Both the position numbers and the translations under genes were made by a program. The notes beneath the pieces were generated by a model. It was not told the DNA's origin. It saw only the letters and a list, made by a program, of their open reading frames with translations, and did not search any database. Positions 63,376 through 64,000 of a stretch of DNA of 64,000 bases are shown here, one piece after another. Numbering within the stretch: the stretch's first letter is position 1; each line of letters opens with the position of its first letter. The DNA comes from Dehalococcoidia bacterium (lineage in GTDB: Bacteria; Chloroflexota; Dehalococcoidia; Lucifugimonadales; UBA3495): NCBI GenBank assembly GCA_965249145.1, contig OZ252223.1, forward strand, positions 2,207,223-2,271,222. The letters are read 5' to 3'.

Positions 63376-63958
63376 ATGAGAATGCTGTTCGCCTTGGTTG
63401 CCGCAATTGCCGCGCTGGCAGCCGTCGGTTGCCGCGAACAATCTACGCCGCGCGCCATACCAACACGGTCGTCCATCGTCGCGAGGTCCGCCAACACGTC
63501 GACCGCGGTTCCCTCCACAGTGGCTCCGACCACGCGACACATTGTGGAAGTCCGGGCTGGTAATGCCCCTTCGTTGGCCGATGATGCTGCGTTTGTAAGC
63601 GTGGTCGCCTCTCTGGGCGATCCCCTGACTGCTTCGGTCCTCAACCGGGACACTGTTCTTCGGCCGGAGACCATTCCGCCGTTGAACTACGACAAACCCG
63701 ACGATTGGGAATAGCTGGACCGATGGCAGCCGTTCGGTGTCGGCTATGGAATCTCGGGCGAGCTTGCGCCTTGGCTGGCGCTTTCTCTGTACTACCCCCG
63801 ACCACTACAAAGCCAGCGGGGACGCCGGCGAGCTGGTCCATCGACTGGAGACCTACGTCAGCGTCGTACCGGAGGGAAACCCAAAAACGAGGCACTGTCT
63901 AAGGGATGGCCGGAGATTGTGTGGGCCGACACATGCGCCGACTTTCGTCCTTCGATAG
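63376..63958 (+). pseudogene. Probable degraded lipoprotein gene
   Basis: Signal plus lipobox AVGC; TAG at 63712-63714 followed by protein-like in-frame text (LDRWQPFGVGYG..WLALSLYYP), then an apparent frameshift at the C-run 63795-63799. Confidence 0.4.
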
Positions 63959-64000
63959 TCCATGCCGCATCGGGCTCGATACTGACCGCACGGTGCAATC

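Noticed and set aside
63712-63714. Pyrrolysine/selenocysteine recoding of internal stops
   Set aside because: The stops are TAG here and TAA in hicA, the TAG case also has a frameshift, and no pyl/sel genes are in view.
1-64000. Prophage, IS element, integron or multi-gene defence system
   Set aside because: No integrase, transposase, phage structural, cas or restriction-modification genes recognised; only isolated TA and Uma2 cassettes.

Overview
High-GC, gene-dense chromosomal segment. The gene content (three luciferase-like monooxygenases, paired class III CoA-transferases, two xanthine-dehydrogenase/CoxL-family large subunits, orphan family-5 solute-binding lipoproteins, DinB, Uma2 and PAC2 proteins) resembles Chloroflexota/Dehalococcoidia of the SAR202 type; this assignment is inference only. 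Core loci: coaX-coaBC, infC-rpmI-rplT, pheS-pheT-moeA, ppdK and sufBCDS with two sufU. The left edge carries a degenerate 3' fragment of tRNA-Gln(CTG) next to a nonsense-mutated hicA, probably the boundary of an old integrated element lying outside the window. I see no integrase, transposase, CRISPR array, rRNA or intact tRNA. I cannot point to one clearly new multi-gene system. The best leads are: five families of intergenic palindromic repeats, several of which supply the stop codon or RBS of neighbouring genes; a molybdo-hydroxylase operon interrupted by Uma2 and HicAB cassettes; at least five genes with leaderless-promoter geometry; non-canonical start codons (ATC for infC, CTG for a flavoprotein overlapping rplT); an IscR-type operator before suf; and an unusual DUF4349-PKD-PKD lipoprotein. 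Product calls come from motif recognition by eye, not database searches.
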